Made by a program: the position numbers and the translations under genes | In this document: in pieces, positions 11,798 through 25,067 of the stretch | Numbering within the stretch: the stretch's first letter is position 1 | Layout of the letters: each line of letters begins with the position of its first letter | Notes under the pieces: model-generated | The model's input: only the letters and a program-made list of their open reading frames with translations | The model's database searches: none | What the model was told of the DNA's origin: nothing | Source of the DNA: Octopus bimaculoides | Lineage: Eukaryota | Direction: 5' to 3' | Assembly: GCF_001194135.2 (NCBI RefSeq) | Contig: NC_068982.1 | Coordinates: 121,190,226 to 121,254,225 of the forward strand | Length of the DNA stretch: 64,000 nt

Positions 11798-12274
11798 ACA
11801 TCATGATCAACTTCATTATCATCACAAACACCACAAGCATCACCATTAGTATCATCCTTGTTACCGCCTACATTATCATCATCTTTACCAACATTGTTAC
11901 CAACACTACCATCACAGCTATCATCTTCAGATACAGCAATGCCACTGGGCCTGTAAGGTAGCCTCTACCTGGTCATTCAACCTACTAGAAATAGCAACCA
12001 AATCTTCCTTAAATCACATACCACCTTTGAAAAACACATGCTGGATGTTTTCCTGGATTCATTGCAAACAGGATAACGATGGGATGATCATGGCTGGAAT
12101 GTCTTTGATTATAGGTCTGTTTTATGAAGATTGTTCTGGAGTTAAACAACAACAGCAATACAATCATGAAAATTACTGTTAATATCATCATCATCATCAT
12201 CTTCACTGTCATCAACATTACAGCCAACAGTGCTAACCACTACCATCACTACCACCACCACCACTACTGCCACT

Positions 12275-12324
<50 letters not shown>

Positions 12325-12338
12325 AATAATAATAATAA

Positions 12339-12369
<31 letters not shown>

Positions 12370-12655
12370 AATAATGATAATAATAATGACCAACACCATT
12401 ACCACAACCACTATCATCTTTATAACCACCACTGCTACCATCATTTTCATCATCATCATCATCATCATAATTATCATTACCATCATTATCCTCATCACCA
12501 TCAATATCAGCAACACTGACATCACCATTATAATCATCAACACCATCATCATCATCAAAAGCAACACCATCACCACCATAATCATCGCAAACCTCACCAC
12601 TAACAATATCAATACCAACATCATCGTTATCACAATCATTGTAATAATCATTAGT
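11700..12655. repeat. compound trinucleotide microsatellite field (CAT/CAC/AAT)
   Basis: Pure and degenerate triplet runs; source of the poly-His/Ile/Met ORFs. Confidence 0.9.
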
Positions 12656-14404
12656 GTCGTTATTGTCCCAAAAGATTTAGTTTCCTATAAAACAGCTCCA
12701 TTGTTTGCAGATGCAAACTGCTTCATTAAAAATCTTTCTTAATTACAATAATCAATTTTGATTTTTGCTGCAACATCCTAAAGCAATTAAAAGGTGTGGT
12801 TACTATTGTTGTTGTTTGTTTAGTCCCCAAGTCAACGCTAATTGGGAAAGGCACTCCATTTGTATTTAGGACTACGTTTCTAGGATTATCTTCAACTTTA
12901 TTATCCAGCAAGTCTTTTCCTTTCCTAAGAAGGAAGATCATGGTTTAAAGATGTTTGCTGCTGTTTTATAGCAAGTTGAGTGACCACATTGGGGGCTTTC
13001 TCATTGAAAATTATATTGTTTAAAAATTTATCATGTTTGTGGAAAATATGAGACTTTGATTGGTAAATTCTAATACCAGCATTGTCTCACTCTGAAGTTC
13101 TTATTAGAGATGGCAATAATGAGGTTGATTTAATTCATGAAAACATCTCCATATCAAGAACTAGTGTATACTCCTATGCAAAGACTTACATCTATAAAAA
13201 TATATATACATACAGACGTATATATGTATATGTATGTGTATCTCTATATATATATATACATACGATGTATATNNNNNNNNNNNNNNNNNNNNNNNNNNNN
13301 NNNNNNNNNNNNNNNNNNNNNNNNNNNNNNNNNNNNNNNNNNNNNNNNNNNNNNNNNNNNNNNNNNNNNNNNNNNNNNNNNNNNNNNNNNNNNNNNNNNN
13401 NNNNNNNNNNNNNNNNNNNNNNNNNNNNNNNNNNNNNNNNNNNNNNNNNNNNNNNNNNNNNNNNNNNNNNNNNNNNNNNNNNNNNNNNNNNNNNNNNNNN
13501 NNNNNNNNNNNNNNNNNNNNNNNNNNNNNNNNNNNNNNNNNNNNNNNNNNNNNNNNNNNNNNNNNNNNNNNNNNNNNNNNNNNNNNNNNNNNNNNNNNNN
13601 NNNNNNNNNNNNNNNNNNNNNNNNNNNNNNNNNNNNNNNNNNNNNNNNNNNNNNNNNNNNNNNNNNNNNNNNNNNNNNNNNNNNNNNNNNNNNNNNNNNN
13701 NNNNNNNNNNNNNNNNNNNNNNNNNNNNNNNNNNNNNNNNNNNNNNNNNNNNNNNNNNNNNNNNNNNNNNNNNNNNNNNNNNNNNNNNNNNNNNNNNNNN
13801 NNNNNNNNNNNNNNNNNNNNNNNNNNNNNNNNNNNNNNNNNNNNNNNNNNNNNNNNNNNNNNNNNNNNNNNNNNNNNNNNNNNNNNNNNNNNNNNNNNNN
13901 NNNNNNNNNNNNNNNNNNNNNNNNNNNNNNNNNNNNNNNNNNNNNNNTATGTATATATATATATACACGCACGTATACATATCATTGGTACTAGCAGTTT
14001 CTAATCAATGTTCTGCCGCTGGAATTTTTTAAAAGTTACTTCTAGATATCTTTCCATTCTCATAACTGTATATGCATTTATGTGTGTCTGTGTGTGTGTA
14101 TGTTTGTGCGAGTGCGTGCATGTGTGTTTGTGTGTATGTGTGTGTGTGTGTAGGTGGAAGAGTTGTTGAGGATAAATATGAGTTGAAGGTAAGGTAATCA
14201 CAATAAGCGATAGCTGCCAATAAATGTGGCCCAGAGAAGAGGTGATGACTGGCAATTCAGAAATGGTGAAACAGAATAACAACAAGAATAATAATAATAA
14301 CAACATCAACAGCAACAACACAACAACAACAACAACAATGATTTCAAATTCTGGCTTTGTGTGTGTGTGTGTATATATTTATATATATATATATATATAT
14401 ATAT

Positions 14405-14575
14405 GGGAGAATATACAAAAAATAACAACAGACGAGGACAGGTGGTGTAAATAACAAAAGTATATATTAGTATGACGCTCGGGAATACGGAAAGTCTTTG
14501 ACGTTTCGAGCTACGCTCTTCAACAGAAAGAATACGGAGACAAGGAGAAAAACACGGAGAAAAAAAATTGATATA
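14405..14575 (-). mobile_element. Penelope-like terminal-repeat (pLTR) fragment
   Basis: Carries a hammerhead motif; a decayed homolog lies at about 60480-60650. Confidence 0.65.
14495..14531 (-). ncRNA. minimal type I hammerhead ribozyme, core variant CUGUUGA
   Basis: Minus strand: UCUUU CUGUUGA A GAGC GUA GCUC GAA ACGUC AAAGA; stem I UCUUU/AAAGA, stem II GAGC/GCUC, palindromic ACGU stem III, GUC triplet. Confidence 0.7.
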
Positions 14576-14615
14576 TAAAATTAATATACACAGCTAGGCG
14601 CAATATAATACCACG

Positions 14616-14955
14616 AAGGAAAAATTTTATCGTCACTAATTGTGACTGAGGGTGCCGAAGCACCTATATTCAAGAAATAAGAGTTAAAAACTCTTAATGC
14701 TGTAGGAAGCACGCAATATATATACGCTGACAGGGGAGATAACCGCCACTTGAGTAGTCTCTGTTGACGAGCCTACGACTGGTAGGCGAAACTAGTCTAG
14801 ATTAGTGATCCTAGAGACGCTCATGAGGCAGTTATCTCCCCTGTCAGTGTATATATATTGCGCGCTTCTTACAGCATTAAGAGTTTTTAACTTTCATTTC
14901 TTGCAATATAGATGCTTCGCCACCCTCAGTTACAATTAGTGATGATATTTTCCTT
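14616..14955. mobile_element. fold-back element with ~130-145-bp inverted arms and an apical hammerhead
   Basis: 14616-14746 is the reverse complement of 14826-14955 (roughly 88% by eye); pairing continues imperfectly to 14763/14810. Confidence 0.9.
14760..14801 (+). ncRNA. type I hammerhead ribozyme (C3U core)
   Basis: UCUG UUGACGA GCCUAC GACUG GUAGGC GAA ACUAGUC UAGA: 6-bp stem II, palindromic ACUAGU stem III, GUC cleavage after 14797, 4-bp stem I. Confidence 0.8.
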
Positions 14956-15326
14956 ATATTTTTCGTATATATATAAATAACGTGTCTGTGTTTACATTAG
15001 CGAGCGTGTGTTTGTGTGTGTGTTTGTGCGTGTGTTTGTGCGTGTGTAAGTGTTACTTTTGACTTGATATCTGCGCTCTGATCGAAAACAAAGCCATTGT
15101 TCATACTAACGATGTCACATGGTTGTATAGGTTCGCAAAAACAGGTCTAGCCATAGGGCAGGCCAGTGTCTGAAGGACTCGGAGAAAATATATTTCTTGG
15201 AAACAGGTGAGGGTTGTTGGCAGGAATACCACCCAACTGTAAAAAATTTGCCTGAACAAGTTTCGTTAGACTCATGAAAACGGAAAGTGAACTTTAAAAC
15301 GATGATGATGGAGATGATGGTGATGA

Positions 15327-15423
<97 letters not shown>

Positions 15424-16069
15424 GATGATGATGATGTGTGTGAGTGAATGACTGAATGTGTGTGTATGTGCGTGCGCGCGTGTGCATATTAATTGATACA
15501 TTAATGTAGATAAATGAAAAGTAATATACTAAACTACCCGGGTGTATTAAACAGACATCGATCTAATATTTTTGTAACAGTTTACTAATGAAGAAATACA
15601 TTTTTTATGAATTGATATGTTCATAAACGATTTTTGAGCAGTAATGAAATGTACTGAAAAATTAATTGAGGTGTCAACGAGAAGATTTTCTGAATGCGAA
15701 ATCCACGCGACTCTTAGAATTTAATCCACTATGAATTTCTGAAAATCACTTAAGTAGTTGTTAGCAACGAAGTGTGTCTTTGTATGTGTTTGTTCTTCCT
15801 TTTCCTTTAATGTTACTCACTCATATATCCCATTATTAAAATGATCTAAATGGTGATTAACTGGCTTTTCGAATCCTTATACATGGATAACGATTGGAAT
15901 TTAGAGACCAATAGAGTATTAATGTATGTTGGTATTTTATTAAATGAAGCTGTGAATATAAATTTGGAATCTTTCCCAACACTGCACGATTTAAGTTATG
16001 GGGAAAATCTGCATTTACTTACCGGAAAGAAAACGCTGCCATAAACTACGACTAATGTCTCTTTTGATC

Positions 16070-16837
16070 AGGTTTTCAAACTTTCGCCATCGTCACCACC
16101 ATTGTTTTCTTTCGCTTTCCTTCTCTCTCTCTCTCTTTCTCTTGATTTTCTCTTCATTTACGCTTTCTCTGTTTTACTTCTACACTTCACTTCTATACCA
16201 GAGAGAGAGAGGGAGAGAGAGAGAGAGAGAGAGAGGAAAGAGAGAGAAGAGGAGAAAATGCGAGAAATATTGAAGAAAGATTGAAAAAGGAAGAAAAAAT
16301 TAAGTTTGACGCCTCATAACCGTACTACTACCACCATCGTCATTGCTCTGTATCTTTCTTCGTATGTGTCTCATTCTCTATTTCTATTCCACTATAGAAG
16401 AAAGAGAAGAAGAAGGAGAACGGGAAAAAGAAAGAAAGGAAGAATGAATGAAAGAAAGATGAATGAAAGAAAGAGAGAATGATAGAAATATTTAAGAGAT
16501 ATCGAATGATAGGAGGAAAAACAGTTTGACGTTGCTTAAACATACTGCCACCATCATCCCCATCGCTATTTTTCGTCGCTTTCAATCTATTTCTCACTCT
16601 TGATGTTTGTCTCTCATTCTCTATCCGTCCCTATTCCGCTATGCCAGAGAGGGATAGGGGAAGAAGATAAAAATAAAAGCTAGCTATAAAAGTTAGAAAG
16701 AGACTAAAGGAAGAAGAAAAATTAAGTTATACAAATGTACTGCCCCCATGATCATCATTGCTCTCCTTCATCTTTCTATTTATGCTTCTTCATTAAAATA
16801 GGTCTCTGATTTGCTATATCTCTCTACTCTACACTTC

Positions 16838-16871
<34 letters not shown>

Positions 16872-16910
16872 GAAGAGAGAGAAGGGGAGATGAGAGAAAG
16901 ACGGATCCAT
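16070..16910. repeat. degenerate ~215-230-bp tandem repeat, about 4 units
   Basis: The anchor aagttt..tactaccaccatc..attgct recurs near 16072, 16302, 16523 and 16723, each followed by a CT tract then a GA tract. Confidence 0.55.
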
Positions 16911-17134
16911 ACAACTACTCTGTTTCAACCTTCTGTCTCACTATATCTCTTTTCTTGACAAAGAGCAGAGTGTGCATTAAGGATGATTTGGATGCTATTT
17001 GTCAAAATAAATGTTGCACAAATCTTCCCCATGAGGGTTCATTTTGTGCATTCGGAATACAAGGAGGATAAACATTCAGTCAATGTATACGCAGTCACTC
17101 ACTCACTCACTCACTCACTCACTCTCAATTATTC

Positions 17135-17165
<31 letters not shown>

Positions 17166-17524
17166 NNNNNNNNNNNNNNNNNNNNNNNNNNNNNNNNNNN
17201 NNNNNNNNNNNNNNNNNNNNNNNNNNNNNNNNNNNNNNNNNNNNNNNNNNNNNNNNNNNNNNNNNNNNNNNNNNNNNNNNNNNNNNNNNNNNNNNNNNNN
17301 NNNNNNNNNNNNNNNNNNNNNNNNNNNNNNNNNNNNNNNNNNNNNNNNNNNNNNNNNNNNNNNNNNNNNNNNNNNNNNNNNNNNNNNNNNNNNNNNNNNN
17401 NNNNNNNNNNNNNNNNNNNNNNNNNNNNNNNNNNNNNNNNNNNNNNNNNNNNNNNNNNNNNNNNNNNNNNNNNNNNNNNNNNNNNNNNNNNNNNNNNNNN
17501 NNNNNNNNNNNNNNATATATATGT

Positions 17525-18480
17525 ATGTTGATAGAATTACCGTTTCGTTCCAATATCTTCTGCCATCTTATAGGCAGATCAATTCTCTGCTCAAAGAATT
17601 TCCTGTCTCTACAGGCGGAAAACTCTTCCAGGCAAATTTTTATCTCCCCTTCAGAGTTGTAGGTCTGTCCGTTCAATAAATTTTGAGGAGACCGAAACAG
17701 TTGGAAATCTGAAGGTGTAAGGTCGGGCGAATATGGAGGGTGCAAAGAAGTATGCGATTTGGTATTGTCATGATGAAAGACAATGCCCTTACGATTAGCA
17801 AGTACTGGATGCTTTTGGTGGATTGCTGCGTACACATCCGAATTGAGAAGATGCTCGTAAAAGACAGTATCCTTCCAATCTCACCAAATTGAAAGCATAA
17901 CCTGGTTCAGGTGAAGTCCTGCTTCGGAGATTGTTTGTGGTGGTTCGCCGCTCTCCAAACATGATCGTTTGTGCTTTACATTGTAACAGACGATCCATTC
18001 TTTTCAAACTAGGATCGTTTTTCTTCGCGAATCTCTGATGGAAATTCGTCGGGCAAGGTTAGCTTCATTCAAATGATGTGGGAACCAAACATCGAGCCTG
18101 CTGACGTAATCAAGTTGATGCAGACGGTTTTCATCACTCGATTTGTATATTTGGAGAATATCTGCGATAATCCTGGTCGTGTAACATGCGTTGCTACCGA
18201 ACAACTCCATTTTGTCGCTATTAATCTCGGCTGGCCAGAGCGAGGTGCATCTTGAACAGAAAATTTCCCGATCGAAATCTTGATAACCACTTTTGACACA
18301 CACGTATCCTAACAGCATCCCCTCCATACACAGCGCATATCTTCATGCAGGTTTTTACCGCCTTTTTGTCTTTTTTTTAAAATAAAAAACATAAGGTATC
18401 AACTAAGTTCGTTTTGGTTCTCCATTTTCAGCGTGATTTCAAGCACACAAAATACTATCTGTCTCGTCGCAAATTCGCAT
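17525..18480 (-). mobile_element. degenerate mariner transposon
   Basis: VFHHDNTKSH, HPPYSPDLTPSDFQLF, RWQKILERNG and WFPHHL motifs with frameshifts and deletions. Confidence 0.9.
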
Positions 18481-18489
18481 CGATCTATA

Positions 18490-18532
<43 letters not shown>

Positions 18533-18795
18533 ATATATGTTAAATAAAATGAAACAACAAAGCGAAGGGTNNNNNNNNNNNNNNNNNNNNNNNNNNNNNN
18601 NNNNNNNNNNNNNNNNNNNNNNNNNNNNNNNNNNNNNNNNNNNNNNNNNNNNNNNNNNNNNNNNNNNNNNNNNNNNNNNNNNNNNNNNNNNNNNNNNNNN
18701 NNNNNNNNNNNNNNNNNNNNNNNNNNNNNNNNNNNNNNNNNNNNNNNNNNNNNNNNNNNNNNNNNNNATACATATATATACATATATATATGCCG

Positions 18796-19242
18796 AATTA
18801 AATTGGTGGCTTATTAGCAATTTGAACCTAAAGGCAAAATTAATAGAGGTCACAAAAGTGAAGGAGGGTACTGACCAGTACCAGCTATTGCTAGAGACAA
18901 GTGTGAAAACAACTCAAAGCCACAAAGCACTGTACTTAATGACTGAACAAGGGAGGTAAGTCCCCAGCGTACATAGTCGGATCGAACGATTTCGGATTTT
19001 GATGCATAGCATCTTAATCCTCGTTAGCCTAGGGTTAAAATTCAACTGCAAGAAAAACTGTTGAAAACCTGTGATGATTTTCATAGCGCTAAAAGTGTAA
19101 ACAACAAATTAGATTGGTGGCTAATTAGCAATTTGAACCTAAAAGCAAAATTTATAGAGGTCGCAAAAGTGACGGGGGTACTGACCAGTACCACCTATTG
19201 CTAAAAACAAGAGTTAAGACTACTCAAAAGCCACAAAGCACT
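18796..19242. repeat. two ~136-bp direct repeats (18796-18931, 19107-19242) with a 175-bp spacer
   Basis: Copies align end to end; both keep ggtactg-ac-cagtacc. Confidence 0.85.
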
Positions 19243-19255
19243 ATATGTGTGTGTG

Positions 19256-19337
<82 letters not shown>

Positions 19338-19984
19338 TAAGAAGAAAATGGAGAGTTTTGACAGATAAACATCAATTTATTAACATATTGTCAATTTCTA
19401 GTTGCCTACAATTGTTTCCATATCCAACTCATTCAAATTATAAATTTATAAACTAGGAATTGACAATATGTTGATAAATTGATGTTTATCTTTTAGAACA
19501 CTCCATTTTCTTCTTATCATATACTATATTGAAATATACTCATATATATCGAAGTGAAACAAATATCTATAAAAAATATCTTAACTCCGTAATGTGCTTA
19601 AATGGTGCCTATTATTAAATAAGAAACACCAATACTATTAAGTAAAACTGGACTCTTGAGTATTTCATCGATATATAGGATTAAACCGCGGAAACTTGGA
19701 TGCTAACATCACTTTTAAGAGGAATCTATATTCTCACAATAACACAGATAATATATGTGTGTGAGTGTGTGAATATATATAACATAAATATGTATGTGTT
19801 GTGTGTGCGTGTGTGTGTGTGTTTGTGTGTGTGTGTGCGCCTTTGTATATGTATATGTATGTGTATATTGGGTTGGCCAAGAAGTCCGTTTTGTCTTTAT
19901 CGATACTAATCGTCAAGCACTCAAATAAGTAACTAACTTCAGTCTGTCTCTTGTACATTGCACATTCATTAGATACTTAACACT

Positions 19985-20628
19985 TCAATTTTCGTTTTCA
20001 CGCAAGATGAATGAGCGCATCGGGCAAAGATCATAAACCCATGTTTCATCATGGTCTTCATGAATTCTGGGTTGTGGTTTGCACGATCCAGCATGTCGTC
20101 CTGCGCGACTTCCACGCGGGGCTGCTGCCCTAGCACCTTGGGGACGAATTTTGAGGACTGATCTTGTACTTATTACCACTTCGTAAGCAAATTCCTGGAT
20201 TGTTATACGACGGTCTTCTATGACTATTCACGGAATGTTTTCAAACGGTCCTCGTTTCGGCTTGTGGATGGCCTGCCTGAGCGTACCTAGCTCTCCACTG
20301 GGTGCGGCTATGTTTGAAACAGTTGTACCACTCCTTGATCTGAATTTTGCCCATTGCATCATCGCCAGAATTTTCTAGATGGTTTGAGCTTGAGTTTCAA
20401 CAAACTTCTGGCAAATATTCATGCAATATCTCTGCTCGAAAATCCAGTGAGCGCGCACTATACGTCTGCACTCTAGGCGTAACAGCCGGGAGCTGACGCA
20501 GCTCACAAGCGCGAAAATTTTCACGCATGCGCAGAAAGAGTGGCGTTATCTCTGATCCAAAGGATTTTACTCACGCAGCATTAGTTTTGGTAGGAAAAAA
20601 TTAAAATCGGATACCTTTTGAACTCACC
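19985..20628 (-). mobile_element. truncated mariner (5' half)
   Basis: TIR-like gagttcaaaaggtatccg; RSGRPSTSRNE, DRRITIQE and DETWVY motifs. Confidence 0.8.
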
Positions 20629-22098
20629 ACACACACTCACACACATCTATGGTGGGGGTATTTTATTATTATTAATAATCAATAGAAGTTATTGAATGAC
20701 TTACGGGACGAGAGTTTTATGCATTGGCACTTATATATATATATATATATATATATTTTATTTTATTTAAANNNNNNNNNNAAAGCGGTGCTCCAGCATG
20801 GCCACAGTCAAATGACCGAAACAAGTAAAAGTGTAAAAGAGTAATGGCGGATTCTCAGCATAGTCTGAGCCTTTGGTCTGGAACACATAAAAAATAAAAG
20901 CGTAACATTTCCAGCTATTTGCTTAGTTTAACTATCTACCGATATATCTTTTAATGCGTAAATTTATATATGCTCATTACGTTGTTTCATTATTTTAAAC
21001 AGTTCATTTGGGTCTGCATATGGGTCACACAAATGCAGAATAATGTAGGACTTCTTCTCATTCTCGCTTTCTCTCTTATTTTTCTCTCTCTATTACTTCA
21101 CCGATTTCACTGATAACCAATGGGAAAAACAGACAACCGCAAGAACAAGCAGAATAATATTGATTTCAAATTTTGGTACAACACTACCAAGTCGCAGTGG
21201 GGGTAAATCGATTACATCGACCCTAGTACTCACCTGGCACTTATTTTATCGACCTCGAAAGGATGAAAGGCAAGGTTGACCTCGATGGAACTTGAATTCA
21301 CAACGTAATACAGTTAAGCATTTTACCCTGCGCAATAACAAGGAAAATATTATTACAGATAGATCTTTTACGATTATGAAATATACTATAAAACGGTTTT
21401 AATTAAATCTTAGAGTTTTATGTTTATAAAATAGACTATAAAACAGTAGTTTAGTTTAATTAATCTTGGTAATCACGATGTGGATATAATTATATAACGT
21501 TATGATGCTTACAATGACTATGTTTATAATTGAATATGTTGTCATCTGAGAATATACCTCCATGCCTTACGTCATTTCCATTTAATAATGGTCATGATTA
21601 TTGGTTTCTCATTGCGTACATGTTCGGCAAGTTTTCATATATANNNNNNNNNNTATTTATATATACACATATGCATATATGTGTGCGTATATATATGCAT
21701 ATGTATATCTGTGTGTTTAAGTATTTATATATGTATGCGAATGTGTTTGTGTGTGTGTGTGTGTTTGTGCATGTTTGTTTGTAGGATCCAAGTTAAATAC
21801 TATGGTGATGATGAACATTTTATTAATTTCACGGATAGCAGAGTAAGCAAACGTATAAGCTTGCAGATCCTACACCTCTGATTCAGATTAGTGAAACTAA
21901 AGGCCTGCGGTTTGCAAAGAAATCCTCCAGCAATTGTAAGCATTAAAATTCATCAATTCATCTTGGGTTCATTTAGATCATTGTTTTGTTATGTTGTTCC
22001 AAACATTTAACCTTTTTGACACATTTTGGGTAAGCTACGTTTCAGAAAGAAGTTTCAGTCTCTTTCCCCCTAGCATGTTGACTATATAGCAATGTTTA

Positions 22099-22275
22099 CT
22101 GTATTTTAACGTGTATAAGAAACCCTTTTTTTTTGGGGGGGGGGGTAAAAAATTAGGCTAAAAAAATATGGGAGTTTCTTATACACAGATAGTATAATAA
22201 TCCCTTACAAAACCTTTTCTCCAAATTTTAAGCCCCATCCAAATTAAGGGGTTCCTGATACACGTTAAAATATGG
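22099..22275. mobile_element. pogo/Tigger-like MITE
   Basis: TA|ctgtattttaacgtgtataagaaaccc ... gggttcctgatacacgttaaaatatgg|TA. Confidence 0.75.
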
Positions 22276-23767
22276 TAATTAGTGTTAACTTATTTAGCGC
22301 AGGGAACAGAATGTCACCTAGAAATAAGTATGTGACGAGATAGAAATGTCAGTCACTGACTATTAATATTTAGACTATTTCCATAAATATGAGAGACAAT
22401 TCAGTAGATGTTTTTGTATTATCACATCATTTCAGGACAGTGGATTGATAGAAACGATAGAGCATTGGTCAAAATGCATAGCGATATTTGTTCCGGTTCT
22501 CTACGTTCTGTGTTCAAATTCCACCAAGGTCAACTTTATCCATCATCTTGTCGGTATCAATAAAAAAGAATACCATCCAGTTACTTAGAATTAATATAAT
22601 CGATTGCTTCTCTTCCCATCAAATTTCTGGTATTTGCCTGTGTTAGGATTGATTAGGAGTCCTTTTAGCGAAGCATGCCCTTCATCCAGGACCGGATTAA
22701 GACCCATCGGATTACGACCCATCGAGGCGCTAAGCTCTTGAAATATTTTGGCGCCTCCGTATATATAATTCACAATATAAACAATAATAAACAATAAAAT
22801 AAATTTTTATTTTTCAAAATGAAACAAAACTAACAGTAAGTTGGAAAATAATGTTTATTTTTGTATATATTTCCACTTTATATTTGGAAAGTTTTCTCCC
22901 ACTTTTTTTTAATTGCAAATTCTTTGATCAAATTCTCACTATGATACATGAACACTTTGAAATTATATTTCCGATCATATAAACCACTTTGAAATTATAT
23001 TTCCGATCATATAAACCACTTTGAATATCATTTTAGCAAGTTTAAAATAATTTCTTTTGTGCCATAAACCATTTACCGTTTCTGTGGAGCCATCATTTCC
23101 TTTGATGCCCTAAGCACGTGCTTATTTTGCTGAATGTCTTATTTAGCGCTACCTTCACTGTACTTTCTTGGGCAGCGATGGGAAAATCATTAAATAAATG
23201 TACAATGTTGCATGTTGGTTGTTGTCGATAACTACTTAAAATTGTTCAGAGAATAACTCCGAGGCACCATCTACTTGAAAGTCAGTACATTGAGTTGACA
23301 GTATTTTTTCGTAGTCACCACCCATCTTAGTGTCGGCTACAGTTGAATGTTACATAGGTTACATACTCCAGTCTTAATTAAGAACTCTGAATATCTTAGT
23401 CACCCTTCTGATTTTATTTTGTTCTTTTACTTGTTTCAGTCATTTGACTGGTGCCATGCTGGAGCATTGATACGAGAAAAGCTTCAGTTTTTATAAAGGT
23501 CTAGGAGCAAATCCAACTTTTACTTAGACACTGCCGCACGCTCATACATACACACAAACATACACACACACATGCATAGTAGAGAGGTAGAGCGAGAGAT
23601 AAAGAATTTGTAAACTCCTTGCTGGAATATATGCAAAAATTGTAAATTTAAATCGTGATATAAAACAATACCTGATGCTAAGTCATTGAGTCTTACTGGT
23701 GTCTTAGTTTGTAACATTTTCACTTTGGTGACTTTTGACTCCAGCCCACTATTCCTAAAATGTGAAC

Positions 23768-23998
23768 TCTCTCTCTTTTACTCCTTTACTTGTTTCAGTC
23801 ATTTGACTGCGGCCATGCTGGGGCACCGCCTTTAGTCGAGCAGATCGACCCCAGGACTTATTCTTTGTAAGTCTAGTACTTATTCTATAGGTCTATTTTG
23901 CCGAACCGTTAAGTTACGGGGACGTAAACACACCAGCATCGGTTGTCAAGCGATGTTGGGGGGACAAACACAGACACACAAACATATACACACACATC

Positions 23999-24039
<41 letters not shown>

Positions 24040-24197
24040 TACGACAAGCTTCTTTCAGTTTCCGTCTACCAAATCCACTCACAAGGCTTTGGTCGGCCTG
24101 AGGCTATAGTAGAAGACACTTGCCCAAGATGCCACGCAGTGGGAATGAACCCGGAATCATGTGGTTGGTAAGCAAGCTACTTACCACACAGCCACTC
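23768..24197 (-). mobile_element. SINE family B (CORE-like, internal microsatellite), full length
   Basis: Reverse complement of 60013-60460; CpGs retained. Confidence 0.9.
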
Positions 24198-24982
24198 AGA
24201 TTCTTAATTTAGAAGCTAATCATAGATATACAGACGGTAAGGATGTCCAAACTCGAACTAGTGTGTGATGTTTAACTATCTTTCACGTACCAGTCAACCA
24301 GATATATTGCCTTCTTGATAACCACCGGATTATAATGTAACCTAAGATTATAACCTAAGATTAATAAATACAAATTGACTCCCCAATCAAATATACTTAT
24401 TGCTGAACACCCTCAGTTTCCCTTTTACAAACTGAAACATAAATATCAGCAACCCAGGTCATCATATCATAATGTCTGATAAACATCTACTAGTTAGGTT
24501 ATCATATCTTAGGAGCCACTAAATTATTCATATGTCAAACACCCTCAGCACCGATAAATTACGAGCAGAATTTCTCTATTTTCATGTCTCTTTTGTTCCT
24601 CTGACTTCACAAGTGAACTTACACTGAGCGTAAAATGTCCGGTGATTAACAGAGTGTAGTATTTATCAATTCCTGTCAACAATGTCTGTGATATATTGGA
24701 GGGAACAAACTTAACGTTGTGCATAAACAGTTGGTTTTGAGAACATAGGCCCAAATAATATACTTTCAACTGAGTACATTCATTTGATGACATCGACCTA
24801 CATGCAAACAACTGGAAAGCAGCAGTAGCATAAATTCTGGTTTCTACGCTGTTTTCTTTTTAAATGATCAGTAGAAAATATGTAGATTCAATCAATGCAG
24901 AAAATAACTAATAAAGAACATTTAAAAAAGATTATTTTATTTTGTAGAAAATACGGGATATGTATATCTTTTCTGGTTACTA

Positions 24983-25067
24983 CTAGTAGATGACTGTGAC
25001 AGATTTGAATGACAATATTGTAATATTACAATATTGTCATTCAAATCTGTCACAAGTCATTTACTAG
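24983..25067. repeat. perfect 60-bp palindrome (24995-25054) with a 12-bp imperfect extension
   Basis: tgtgacagatttgaatgacaatattgtaat|attacaatattgtcattcaaatctgtcaca. Confidence 0.95.

Noticed and set aside
14154-14188. 35-nt micro-exon candidate (GRVVEDKYELK, AAG|GTAAGG)
   Set aside because: The phase fits, but the acceptor is only the end of a (TG)n run; chance is likely.
23040-23340. DG..T.TV words resembling Sola-type transposases
   Set aside because: Many stops; other frames look like a decayed mariner C-terminus; cannot assign.
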